This document shows, piece by piece, positions 53,728 to 64,000 of a stretch of DNA of 64,000 nt. The DNA is from Octopus bimaculoides (taxonomy: Eukaryota): NCBI RefSeq assembly GCF_001194135.2, contig NC_068982.1:52034867-52098866 (forward strand), in the 5' to 3' direction. The translations under genes and the position numbers were made by a program. A model generated the notes under the pieces. The model saw nothing but the letters and a program-made list of their open reading frames with translations, did not search any database and had not been told where the DNA came from. Position 1 is the stretch's first letter. The number at the start of each line of letters is the position of its first letter.

Positions 53728-54291
53728 ATGGAACGAAATAGAAAACTTGCAGCAACAAGAGAACGGATGAGACGGTACAGGCAGAGGATTAAAGACGAAC
53801 AAAGAGAAGATGTAAAAGAAAGGATGAGACGAAATCAACGGATAAGACGAGCCAACATGAGTGAGCATGATCGTGCCAACTACCTACGGTATCAAAGAGA
53901 ACGTCAACAAATACGAAGAGCGAAAATGGACGATGAACAGCGAGCTGACTATCTGCGAAAACAACGAGAGAGGGGGCAAGCGCGACGAAAGAACATGAGC
54001 GAAAAACAACAGACAGAATACAAGGAAAGACACAGAGAAAGGAATCGAATACGACGAGAAAACATGACCGAAGAACAGTTGATTAATTTAAGAAACGATC
54101 AAAGAATAAGACAACGCCAGAAACGATCTGGTGCTCGTATGATACGGCAACAGAATGAACAAGTTGCAACTGAATCCGACAATATCGGAGAAACGGACAG
54201 ATCATGTTCTGATTGCGATGCTTTGAGAATCAGAAATGAGCCTCCAAACAGTTGTCATAACGGTAAAGTTCGACTTCTTTCTCTTGGTTAA
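53728..54291 (+). CDS. 187-aa ORF: Helitron Rep/helicase-like N-terminus (four 23-aa STPR-like repeats plus C-x2-C...GKV motif), truncated
   Basis: RRANMSEHDRANYLRYQRERQQI / RRAKMDDEQRADYLRKQRERGQA / RRKNMSEKQQTEYKERHRERNRI / RRENMTEEQLINLRNDQRIRQRQ, then CSDCDALRIRNEPPNSCHNGKVRL. Confidence 0.65.
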   Translation: MERNRKLAATRERMRRYRQRIKDEQREDVKERMRRNQRIRRANMSEHDRANYLRYQRERQQIRRAKMDDEQRADYLRKQRERGQARRKNMSEKQQTEYKERHRERNRIRRENMTEEQLINLRNDQRIRQRQKRSGARMIRQQNEQVATESDNIGETDRSCSDCDALRIRNEPPNSCHNGKVRLLSLG

Positions 54292-55576
54292 ATTTACATC
54301 TGCTCAGTTATTAATATCAATATTGTTATGGGATACTATATGTCATAAAAATCCCAATTTTGCAATAATTTCAATCCGTTGTCTAGCTCATTCTCAAAAA
54401 TATTTAACATAAACAAATCATACTTTTTACTGAAGTTGAGCTGGGGTAAATACTTTCAGCGCATGCGCACTCCCGTCCTAACCAATCTGATCGCGAAGTA
54501 TTTGCTTTAGAAATTTTAACATATACTTAGGCATAACCAAAATTTGAACTTGGGGTTGATTCTCAGTTATTAAAATGGACAAATTATTAACCATTTAATT
54601 TAGGAAAAACTTTTAATGAATGTTAGGCAATCATTACATTTGCATGGAACTTGAGGGAAGTTCACCTAAACCTGTCACAAACCTCGCTTGGATAGGAGAG
54701 TAGTGTGGGACAACTGATAATTGATACAGGTAAATTTAACATCGAAATGTGAATAAGAGAATCGATAAAACATGGATCTTGCACGAGTTCTGCAATCTTG
54801 TGAAACCCTTGTTTGTCTTTCTTTTTTTTTTAGCCCTAGGTCAGCTATGATAAAAGTATCTCTAAATGAAAGGGTTCAAGCTCTGACTTTGCAGTCCTTC
54901 CCCCGGCTCAAAATAAATACTAAACAATTTTTAAGATGATAGAGCAAGGTTTGAGACAAATTTTCAGAAGATCAAGCGATCACGTTGCAAAGAATCTAAT
55001 CAAAGACGGTGTACTTTTTAGAGCTGAAACTTTTCGGTTTATAACTAATGCTCAACATTGCTTAAACGCCTCACATTATAGCACTGAAGTTGTACCACAG
55101 TTAGTTCTCCTTTATATCCAACCATGTACAAAAAGTACCAGTCATACATCACAAGTGATTCAATCAACTCTTATTCATTTCCCAGTAAAATTCTTCAAGG
55201 CCGAAAATATAAGAAATCAGCCCCACACTACTACATACAACTTGCATGACGCGCAATATTTGTTTCACCTGTCTCATTTCTGTGTTGAACTCTCCATAGG
55301 GTCAGCTATCTTTCATTTTACCAGCACTAGGCATGTCTTGGTGTCGAGTCATTAATATTTTTGTTTAGTACCAAAGTCAACTCTGATCAAGCAGACATGT
55401 AGTCCAAGAGTTCGACATTATCTGATATATATTTCCTTTTATAAGTCAACGTGTGATATTTCTAGTAACGTGGTCTCGCAAACTACTTGCCATTCACTTG
55501 TATCAATAATGATAATCGGAAAGGAATGAACAATACACATTCCTGCTATCCTATAAAATCAACGCATATTATCTAC

Positions 55577-55614
<38 letters not shown>

Positions 55615-55616
<2 letters not shown>

Positions 55617-55795
55617 ACGAAAGCTGCCGTGAATTAGCTCCAAGAAGCCATCGCCTCTAGCTAGCTATGTGACACACGAAACCTGTGTCCTTTATAACCC
55701 TCGAACAGGGGAGGTCAGCAGTGTCCCCCTGCTGGTTTGGCATCTGCAGACTAGTTTCAGGGTGTTGCCCCTTGTCAATGCAGAGCAGCCAAGCC
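55615..55795 (-). mobile_element. Penelope-like pseudo-LTR fragment, same family as 1033-1300
   Basis: Sequence homology to 1064-1245, contains a hammerhead motif, inserted in a (TA)n tract. Confidence 0.6.
55743..55784 (-). ncRNA. Minimal type-I hammerhead ribozyme motif (U3-A8 core variant), sense in RINT1 intron 1
   Basis: Minus strand reads UCUGCA UUGACAA GGGG-caaca-CCCU GAAA CUAG UC UGCAGA. Confidence 0.72.
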
Positions 55796-56053
55796 TTATA
55801 TATATTATTTTGCTTAAAAGAGTTCCAACACTGTCTGTTTTTTATGTTTTATTTATATTCCTGCAGAACTAATGTGGGGTATAGAATATGGAATATACAA
55901 TATATAATATGATATACAATATACAATATAAAATAAAATAACATAAAAATGGATGGCACCATGAAAGAAAGTATTGAATGTAGATGAAATATTGAGTGTT
56001 CAATATAAAGGATCAAATATATAAATATATAAATATAAATATATATATATAAA

Positions 56054-56093
56054 GGCGACTCGAGTTTCAGGGCTATTTCCCTTCGTCATGGCC
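56054..56093 (-). ncRNA. Degenerate hammerhead-like motif
   Basis: Minus strand reads GGC CAUGACGA AGGG-aaauag-CCCU GAAA CUCGAG UC GCC. The core carries an extra A and helix I is only 3 bp. Confidence 0.4.
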
Positions 56094-56105
56094 GGTATGA
56101 CAGAC

Positions 56106-56140
<35 letters not shown>

Positions 56141-56308
56141 CCACTCACTAGAGTTTTTCTCGGGTCATAGGTCAGCAGCAGCACAATGGGGTGAGAGGTT
56201 GGGGCTTAGGGGAGGCCACACTGCTGCTAAAAACTAAGACACACATAAGGATACACATCTTAGAAGAACAGAATGGAGTAAGTGGAGCAAGAACACACGG
56301 AAACGAAA

Positions 56309-56355
56309 TGTGTCGCTGAAGAGGTCACAGATGTGTGACGAAAGATTTCCGGACA
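56309..56355 (+). ncRNA. Slightly degenerate type-I hammerhead motif
   Basis: Plus strand reads UGUGUCG CUGAAGA g GUCACA-gaug-UGUGAC GAAA GAUU UC CGGACA. Helix III is one change from the palindrome AGAUCU, and there is one unpaired G before helix II. Confidence 0.5.
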
Positions 56356-56610
56356 ATGGACAGGCGTTAAAATAATAAAATAACAGTAATAAACGAGTGA
56401 AGAAAAGAAAAAAAATATATAGTGCGTGTGTTTATTTGGCAAATAAATAAATAAATAAAATGACCATCCCGAAATACAACATATATACACACTCACACAC
56501 ACCAGAGTAAGCACATAAATTGTGAAACAAGGTAAGAAAAAATAGTACTCGAATACCGGAGGTAAAGTAATATGCTTTATTATTAAAGCTGCAAAAATAT
56601 CACAAAAAAT

Positions 56611-56647
56611 TGCTACTCAGAGTTTTATGTTCCTGTTCGTCGGGCAG
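56611..56647 (-). pseudogene. Decayed hammerhead-like motif
   Basis: Minus strand reads UGC CCGACGA acaggaacau AAAA CUCUGAG UA GCA. Both core halves are mutated, but the spacing and helix III are kept. Confidence 0.3.
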
Positions 56648-56686
56648 TCGTGATCCACACACACACATATCTATATATGTCCCGTC

Positions 56687-56752
56687 ATAGAATGACCAAT
56701 GGTTTCGCATTCATAAAGGGCTTAGTCCCTTGGATGACTCGTCAGATTCTAC
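56687..56752 (-). ncRNA. Type-I hammerhead ribozyme motif with canonical CUGACGA core and extended helix II
   Basis: Minus strand reads (G)UAGAAU CUGACGA G-UCAU-cc-AAGGG-acuaag-CCCUU-u-AUGA-aug-C GAAA CC-auu-GG UC AUUCUA(U). Confidence 0.7.
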
Positions 56753-57305
56753 AGCCGAAGGCCATATAGTTCTTCAAGGATATCAAATATAAATATTCTC
56801 AGCCAGGAGTACGTACGAAATATTGCCATGTTCGAATAATAGCCTTTCATATCGATGGAGATGATAAAATGAACACCGGCTCAATGCTGGGACAAATTCA
56901 ATTGCTTTTTATTCCTGAACGTAAACATTTTAGCCTTGTGGTAAAACAGCTGAAAGTGGTCGATATGTCCAAGTGACTAAGATGTTATTATGTTAAACGT
57001 TTTGTCCTTTTTAGATTCAAAATTGTTTTTGAATGGAATTTTTCTTCCATCCTTGGCTCGATCAAGAACACTTAGCGATTCTCATCATAGACATTAGTTT
57101 CTGAAACGTGTGTGTGCGTGTTTCTTTTGAAGGTGAAAAATAGCACTAGGAAACATCGAGATCGTTCAAATTTAACAATAAATCATTGAAAGGAAAGAAA
57201 AAAAAAGCAGAAAAACAAACTGGCATTGTGTTTGGAGATAATTATTAGATGCGCAGTGGAGTGATAAAAACGATAGAGCCCTGAACTATATAAAGCCTAA
57301 CAATA

Positions 57306-57585
57306 GGTAATCTTCAAGTTTAGGGGGATAAAAAAAATAAATAAAAATATTCAAGGGAAGTAACTGAACGTCTTACCAGTATTCTCCGTACATCTCTGTT
57401 TATAAATAAATCACACACGTGATTTGATTGACGTTAGGGTTAGGGTGTGATTTATTTATAAACTGCTAGAAGAAAACGGATAATACTGGTAAGTCGTTCA
57501 GTTATTTCCCTTGAATATTTTTATTTACTTTTTTTACCCCCCCTAAACTTGAAGATTATCAACCCCCCTAAACTTGAAGATTACC
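57306..57585. repeat. Foldback/MITE with TTAGGGTTAGG in its loop
   Basis: ggtaatcttcaagtttagggg pairs with cccctaaacttgaagattacc, arms of about 110 bp, right terminus duplicated. Confidence 0.8.
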
Positions 57586-58044
57586 ACAATATTCATCCCT
57601 CTACACTTTGAATTAAAGAGTTCGCGTTTCATTCATCAAGGGTTAGTAAATTACTAGAGAAGAGATGAGAATAGTTAAGTCATTTATGAACTTTCCTTGT
57701 ACACTTGTAGTCCTCATTAAAACAGAAGCCCTTTTATTATCAATGAATCTTGCGGCTTTTACAAATGTCATGTGGAATTATGTAAACAACGGAAATTTGT
57801 AAAAAGAAAGAGAGAGAAAAAGATTCAGAATGATGCTGCAACTGATTTATACCAATAAAAGAACGGCCGATTATTCGTCTTTTCACCTACTCTCTTTGGC
57901 GGTGGTGAGGAAGACGAAAACCCCACAAAATGAGCCTGATTTAATAAATCTTGATAGTATATGAAAAAGAAAAAAAACAAAACAAACGAACGTATATAAA
58001 TATAAGAATAACCTTGAGAAAACATTTTTACGTGGCAATTAACA

Positions 58045-58544
58045 GTGGAATTCTGGTTTAGGCAACCCATATAACCCCTCATAACTTAGGTTAACTTTTT
58101 TTTTATTTTTTGCGAATTTGTGTTACATACGGGAATTCATACGATTATGCAAAAAGAAAAAGAGAAAAGAAATTGTGTGATTTAAGGGTTATTTAGCTGT
58201 CATTTTTAGCACATCTCACGACCACCTGATAACCCCTACTCGTTTGTCACTGACGCATGGATGTTTTTCAATATCTTTCTCCCCATATGCATTTAATGGT
58301 CTGTTGCTAGGATTTAAGCAAAAATTTCGGACTGTCTGTATAAGTGATTTTTTTTTTTAAATCGAAAAATTAAAAACATTCTTTTTTAAATTTCGAAAAA
58401 TTAAAAAACAATTTTTTGTTTTTCATAATTGTATGAATTCCCGTGTATAGAATGCAAAATTTACAAAAATGTTTCTGAAAATTCTAAAAAATAAAAAAGT
58501 TACGAGGGGTTGGTTATATGGGGTACTTGAAGTAGAATTCCGCC
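58045..58544. mobile_element. MULE-like MITE with imperfect TIRs of about 120 bp and a 9-bp TSD
   Basis: TSD caattaaca at 58036-58044 and 58545-58553; termini gtggaattct and agaattccgc. Confidence 0.65.
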
Positions 58545-58809
58545 CAATTAACAGATTTGTTGAATGTCAATATTATGTACATGTCATCAATAAGGCTTAC
58601 TGAATCACCCACTGATGGATATTCGTCGTAGGTGAATATACACAAACATATATATGCATGTGTGTATACAAACACTTAATTTTTTTTATTGTTAATTTTG
58701 TGATGTTGCATGCATTAAATATGGAAAGACTAACTTAACAGAGACAGTACACACACACACACACGAAATTCACTAAGCTGTTTATCTTATAATCAAAGGA
58801 CTTCTTTAC

Positions 58810-58956
58810 CTTATTTTCAAGATCCTCTTTTAGGCAACAGAGATTTTTGTAGATATTTTCAACATTCCGCAGCGATCTAATATCGTCGCCAAATTCTCTA
58901 TTAAGGAAATCGATCGTGTTATTATCCACGTCGTCCTCTTCGCTGGGGGCCGCCAT
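58810..58956 (-). CDS. RINT1: RINT1 coding exon 1 (MAAPSEEDDV...LKEDLENK, 49 codons)
   Basis: ATG in aaaATGG context, donor AAG/GTAAAG, phase 0 into exon 2. DFLNREFGDD...L motif resembles the RINT1 N-terminus. Confidence 0.85.
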
Positions 58957-60609
58957 TTTTATATATATTTATATATATATAGTAGATAGCCGCACATAAG
59001 TGAATGTGAGGTAAAAATGAAAGAGATTGTAGCAGTTGTTATATATATTATGTAGACGTGCAAAAATAGATGAAGGCAAGACAAAAATTAATGTTCTTCA
59101 AGGGAGATAACTTGCAATTAAAGTTTACGTCATTATTGACAATATGGTCCTTTTTCTGTAGTAATGCCCTCTTTTTTTTTTATACGTGCTGAACACAATG
59201 TTACGAACAGTTCCATTTGTTATAAGACTTCAATAGACATGCACTGCTTCTTCACTTGGAAGTGAAAACATGAAGCTTTATTGTGATCAGGGTTTCAAAG
59301 TTCTTAACTCATGTCATTTTATATATATATATCCATAGCCGTACTTTCGTAAAATGGAAATTATTGCGTGCAACATCATTACATATATCTCTCTAGTTGA
59401 CATATTTTATTTTAACGAGCATTTACACACAGATCTTTTGAAGTAAACGCTTTTAAAACGACAGACTATGAAAAAATGTGTCACAGTTAGGTTGATTCGT
59501 GTAAAATTTTCAAATAAGTAAAAAAAAAAAAACAGACGATAAAAGTTGTATGAAACTGAATTACCTCACTATGTCTAAAATAAGAATTATCATACCGGAG
59601 TGCAGTTAAGACATTCAAGCTTAATAAGTAATATAGTGAGTTGAAGGAAATTTTCAAACAAGCGATATCTGGCCCAAATATTGTACCTGTTTTATGTTCA
59701 AACTAGTCAAATCTAGCCTTTCACACCTACCCTACAATGTCATTCTAAAAATATACAATAACATAGCTCTGTATTTAAGAGATGAGGAATTATTTATATT
59801 ATTTACAAGATGAGGATAAATATCCGTCGATTGTATATAATGTAAATAATATACAATAACATCATCGAAATCTCCAAGCTAAGAGAATAGGCATGATTAA
59901 TTAAAATAATGTGAATAAACAGGCATTCGACAGAGTAATCTGAATACGAAAGGGTCAACTGATTATCTCTACAGTGAATAAAACGCTTCAAATATAAAAA
60001 CCAAAACCAGGTATGATTCTTATAATATTAGCCAAGCAGATTTTCAGAAAATAAATATCGTGTAAATGGGAATGGATCTTCTCTTTAAAGTTAATTGTTG
60101 AAAGCAACAGCTCAGTTGACAATATTTAGATGTGATTAATATGCATAGAAAATTTGATAGAATGTGGTTATGCTTTACAGCTAAGATCTACTCCCGTCTA
60201 CAAAACTTGAGATTGTTTAGTAGATGATGCTGTTTCTCATCTAATCTTGGGTCAATTAGATGCATACACCCAACTTAGGGTTTGAAACTTGAGAAATGAG
60301 AAAGTAAAAACAAGAATCTTTCTTGTTGTTTGATGACTTATGACCATTCAATGACCCACATACAACCGGGACTTCCTTTATATCAACGGAATTGTCAATG
60401 GTTTCTTTGAAATTATACAGCAAAAGTAGTATATTTCAGATATGCAAATGTCAAATTATTATATTTCTCTCTTTTTTTTTTTTTTTTCTGTAAACGAAAC
60501 CACCTTTTCGGAGTCCACATTATAAAACAGTAATACATATTGGAATAGTGCATCTGTCAAATGATTTGTAGGCCTCTAAATTTTACATTTATTTATTTTT
60601 TTTTTTAAG

Positions 60610-60765
60610 GGTTAAGATAGAAGAGGCTGTGCCTTGGGCTTTTGCAGGCCCTTCAAGAGTGATGAGATTGATGAAGCTGAAGTTCACCTTAAGCAATTGT
60701 AAGTCAAAAACCGAAAGGAAAACGTGGGCAAGAAAGGAATTCGAGAGGATTGATATTACAAGAAG
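60610..60765 (-). mobile_element. CR1/L2-type LINE 3' end remnant
   Basis: Minus strand NSFLAHVF.S.FDLQLLKVN resembles the WN.LP..VFP...L..FK..VN tail. Confidence 0.4.
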
Positions 60766-60770
60766 GAAGA

Positions 60771-60982
60771 AGGCGGTGAGCTAGCAGAATCATCAGCATG
60801 CTGGGCAAAATGCTTAGAAGTATTTCATCTGTCTTTACGTTCTGAGTTCAAATTCCGCTGAGGTTGATTTTGTCTTTGATCCTCTCGGAGTTGATAAAAT
60901 AAGTACCAGTTGAACACTGGGGTTAATATAATTGACTTCTTCCCTCCCCCAAACTTGCTGGCCTTGTGCTAATATTTGAAAC
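60771..60982 (+). mobile_element. tRNA-derived SINE, family A, sense copy
   Basis: Head ggcggtgagctagcagaatc and B-box-like gagttcaaattcc; reverse complement of the family A copies. Confidence 0.8.
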
Positions 60983-62975
60983 CCATATCATGATAAGGGA
61001 GGATTTGGCGTAGGTTTAACACCAGGCTAACACAATATGAATAATGTGGGAAAAGTGAGAACAATTTTTGAATACATTATTTACATTTGACGGATATTTG
61101 TCCTCATCTTGTTTGTTGATAACACAATAATGTACATAATTCCTCATTTCTTAAATATAAACTGTAATTTTTGAATAGTATAAAACTGCCTTGCTATTTA
61201 TAATTAGTTTTTAAATAATACAGTCGAGAATTTTCAAGAAAAAGAAAACATTCTCAGGAATTCTCAATTGCATTTTTAAAGAAATTTTCATGTAAGAAGC
61301 CATAATTATAAAATAATCACAATCTATCATCAAAATAAAATACGAAGTTTGACAATATTTTCTCAGGCAATTACAAATGCAAATATAAATATATGTGTTT
61401 CTCCAAGTTATAATGATAATTTTTTTCTTAATTAACCAGAAGAGTTACAGTAAGATTAAGGACAGTACAGGATGCAACAGTGTGGGATTGCATGGAAAAA
61501 ATAATGCAAACAAGAAATGATAATAAAAAAAAAAAGCAGAAAAGAAAAGAATTCCCCTTGAAACATGTATGGAGGAGACTTTCAAGAGTTATTCACGGAA
61601 ACTCTGCAGAAACAACAGTCACCCTGACCACTAAGAAACTGCTCAGAGTTGAACCTTCATTTGGACTACATTTCAACAAATTTGCTGGGAAGTAGCACTT
61701 TCTTCTCTATCCTCTTTTTCCTTTTCAAGTGAAACTTGCAACATTTGTTGCGGGCAGAAGATGTCTGTCTTCTGCCCTCTCAGTCTTGTCCACCACACAA
61801 CCTCTTTTGCCAAGACCATCAGACAAATAAACACTGCATGTCCTTCTCTGCCAACAGAAGGGGATGAGATCATCTTCACAACAGACTTATCTGGTGACCG
61901 GATCCATCCTACATGTGCAGACATTGGATGAGTGCATGCACAACGGTTTTGTTGCCCTATGCACATATTGGCAAGATTCAACTGACAGCACTTATATGCT
62001 TATAGTATCATTTCGAACTGACAGTGTCCCTACCATGACAATTGGTAACAATGCTGGATCAGGTATTTCTGAGGCACTAGGCTAGAAAATTTTCAGATAG
62101 CAAGTAAACAAATCCGTTTCAGCTATATGGTTCCTTGAGCAAGTGTCTTCTACTATACCCTCAAATTGACCAAAGAGTGGATTTGTTAGATGGAAACTGA
62201 AAGAAGCCTGTTGTATATATATATATTATATGTATGTGTGTGTTTGCATTTATCTTTGTCTGCCATCACCACTTGACAACCTGTGTTGGTGTGTTTATAT
62301 CTCTGTTATCTAGTAGTTTGGCAAAAGACCAATAGAATAAACACCAGGCTTAAGAAAATAAGTACTGGGGTTGATTTGTTTGACTAAAATCATTTCAAGG
62401 TGGTACCCCAACATGGTTGCATTCTAATGAGTGAAACAAATAAAAAGAAAAAGATTATGCTATAAAACAAGAAACAAACAAAAAAACGTGATCTTCAGAT
62501 TTTTGTTTTGAATCTGAAAAAGAAAAAAGTCAGAAACTAGTAAAAGTTAGATTTAAAGTTGCTGTAACTCTTAGTGTAAATAAATTTGCATTTGGAATTA
62601 TATAAAATTTATCCTCTCAATGTAAGTAAGACACATTATACTCAGGTTTATCTTTGTACATAAATCTTTTCCAGAAATAATGAACATTACCTCTACTATG
62701 TCACAACTTATCTCAGTAACAAGAGTGATAGGCAATATGTGCACCTTACAAAACCATATTCAACAATACATACTAATTATAAATTCACTATTAAGTCCAC
62801 CTTCCTAATAAAATTCAATATTTATTATCCAGTGAGTAACCCTTGAAAGTCTCCTCCATACATGTTTCAAGGGGAATAAAGCCTAGTACTTTATTTTTCC
62901 AAAGTGATCAACCCAATGAAGTGCCAGCACACAGCAGCTGCTGGATCATATTTATCTGTTTAATTATTTATAAAA

Positions 62976-63207
62976 TATTAGGTTGTCCGGAATGTTTGTG
63001 CCGATTTCTAAAGGAAAGAAAAAGGTCAATAAATACTTGCCATTACATTTTTAATCAACCAAATATGAACCATTTTGTTGCACAATGCGTCTCCATATTT
63101 CCTTTAACTTGAAAATACTCTCTTCCCAGAATTGAGGTGGTTTCATGGCAAATAAGTCGAAAGGTAAGCTACTATAAATCGGCACGAACTTTCTGGACAA
63201 CCCAATA
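62976..63207 (-). mobile_element. Mariner-derived MITE (232 bp) with intact TIRs
   Basis: tattaggttgtccggaatgtttgtgccgattt and aaatcggcacgaactttctggacaacccaata with TA ends. The interior encodes a transposase C-terminus (FFAMKPPQFWEESIFKLKEIWRRIVQQNGSY). Confidence 0.85.
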
Positions 63208-63509
63208 ATTTATGTAAGGCAACAAGAGTGAAACATCAGAAACTAACAGCTGTTGCTGCAGCATAGAAACAATTATTGTAATTTGTTAATTAAAGCCTGT
63301 TTATTCCACTTTCTTGTATAAATTTATATAAATTCTATACACTAATGGAGTTTCACATATATATCCATCCTAAGGAATAATCCTGCTGTTTGATGGCATA
63401 TGGTACCTGATAGCTTTATAGAAACCTTTAAATGCATGTTATAAGGTTATTATCCAAATAATACTGAATACACACACACACACATTGTTTATTATATAAC
63501 TTTGTAGAT

Positions 63510-63988
63510 TGGCACCCATGCCAACGTCTCTTTCATTGAACACTAAACTCAGCTTGCAAAGAGCTGTTGGAGCAAGCAAAAGCGAAATCGTGATGGCACC
63601 TGTACCAGTGGAGCACTAAGAGCACCATCTGAGCGTGATTGTTGCCAGAGCAGCTGTCTGGCTTCTGTGCCGTTGGCACGTGAAAAACATTCGAGTGAGA
63701 TCATTGCCAGTGCTGCTGGACTGGCTCCTGTGCAGGTGGCACGTAAAATTCACCATTTCGAGCGTGGCTGTTGCCAGTACCGCCTGACTGGCCTTCATGC
63801 CGGTGGCACGTAAAAGCACCCACTACACTCTCAGAGTGGTTGGTGTTAGGAAGGGCATCCAGCTGTAGAAACTCTGCCAAATCAGATTGGAGCCTGGTGT
63901 AGCCACCTGGTCCACCAGTCCTCAGTCAAATCGTCCAACCCATGCTAGCGTGGAAAGCGGACGTTAAACGATGATGATGATGATGATT
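63510..63988 (+). mobile_element. Family C retroposon, long copy
   Basis: Same tail and (GAT)n, with longer tandem 5' units. Confidence 0.83.
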
Positions 63989-64000
63989 ATATATATATAT

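Noticed and set aside
54936-55355. 139-aa plus-strand ORF in RINT1 intron 1
   Set aside because: No motif or compositional bias that I recognise; cannot be supported without a database search.
57433-57445. Interstitial telomere
   Set aside because: Only two TTAGGG units, inside a foldback element.
58960-64000. Head-to-head plus-strand gene upstream of RINT1 (including ORF 61480-61695)
   Set aside because: No exon with recognisable homology or consistent splice signals; the ORFs overlap LINE/SINE debris or A-runs.

Overview
AT-rich, repeat-dense eukaryotic DNA with three N-gaps. The SINE/LINE landscape looks like an octopus (coleoid cephalopod) draft assembly; this is an inference from repeat families, not a database result. 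One protein-coding gene is firmly supported: RINT1 (RAD50-interacting protein 1 / TIP20 family, NRZ tethering complex) on the minus strand. I traced 14 coding exons by hand (58956 down to 21577, 769 codons). All splice phases are compatible, and the stop codon falls in the gap at 21354-21576. RINT1 intron 4 has a U12-type (minor spliceosome) signature. The rest is mostly transposon debris: mariner and maT-like DNA transposons, RTE/CR1-type LINE ends, several SINE families, a Gypsy gag-protease remnant with LTR and PBS, tandem Helitrons next to an STPR-like ORF, MITEs and foldback palindromes. The most unusual signal is a set of minimal type-I hammerhead ribozyme motifs of Penelope pseudo-LTR type. 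Five lie within about 1 kb of RINT1 intron 1, four of them sense to the pre-mRNA. One of these and a related copy at 1198-1240 share the U3-A8 core variant and show compensatory changes in helix I. All coordinates were counted by hand; repeat boundaries are approximate.
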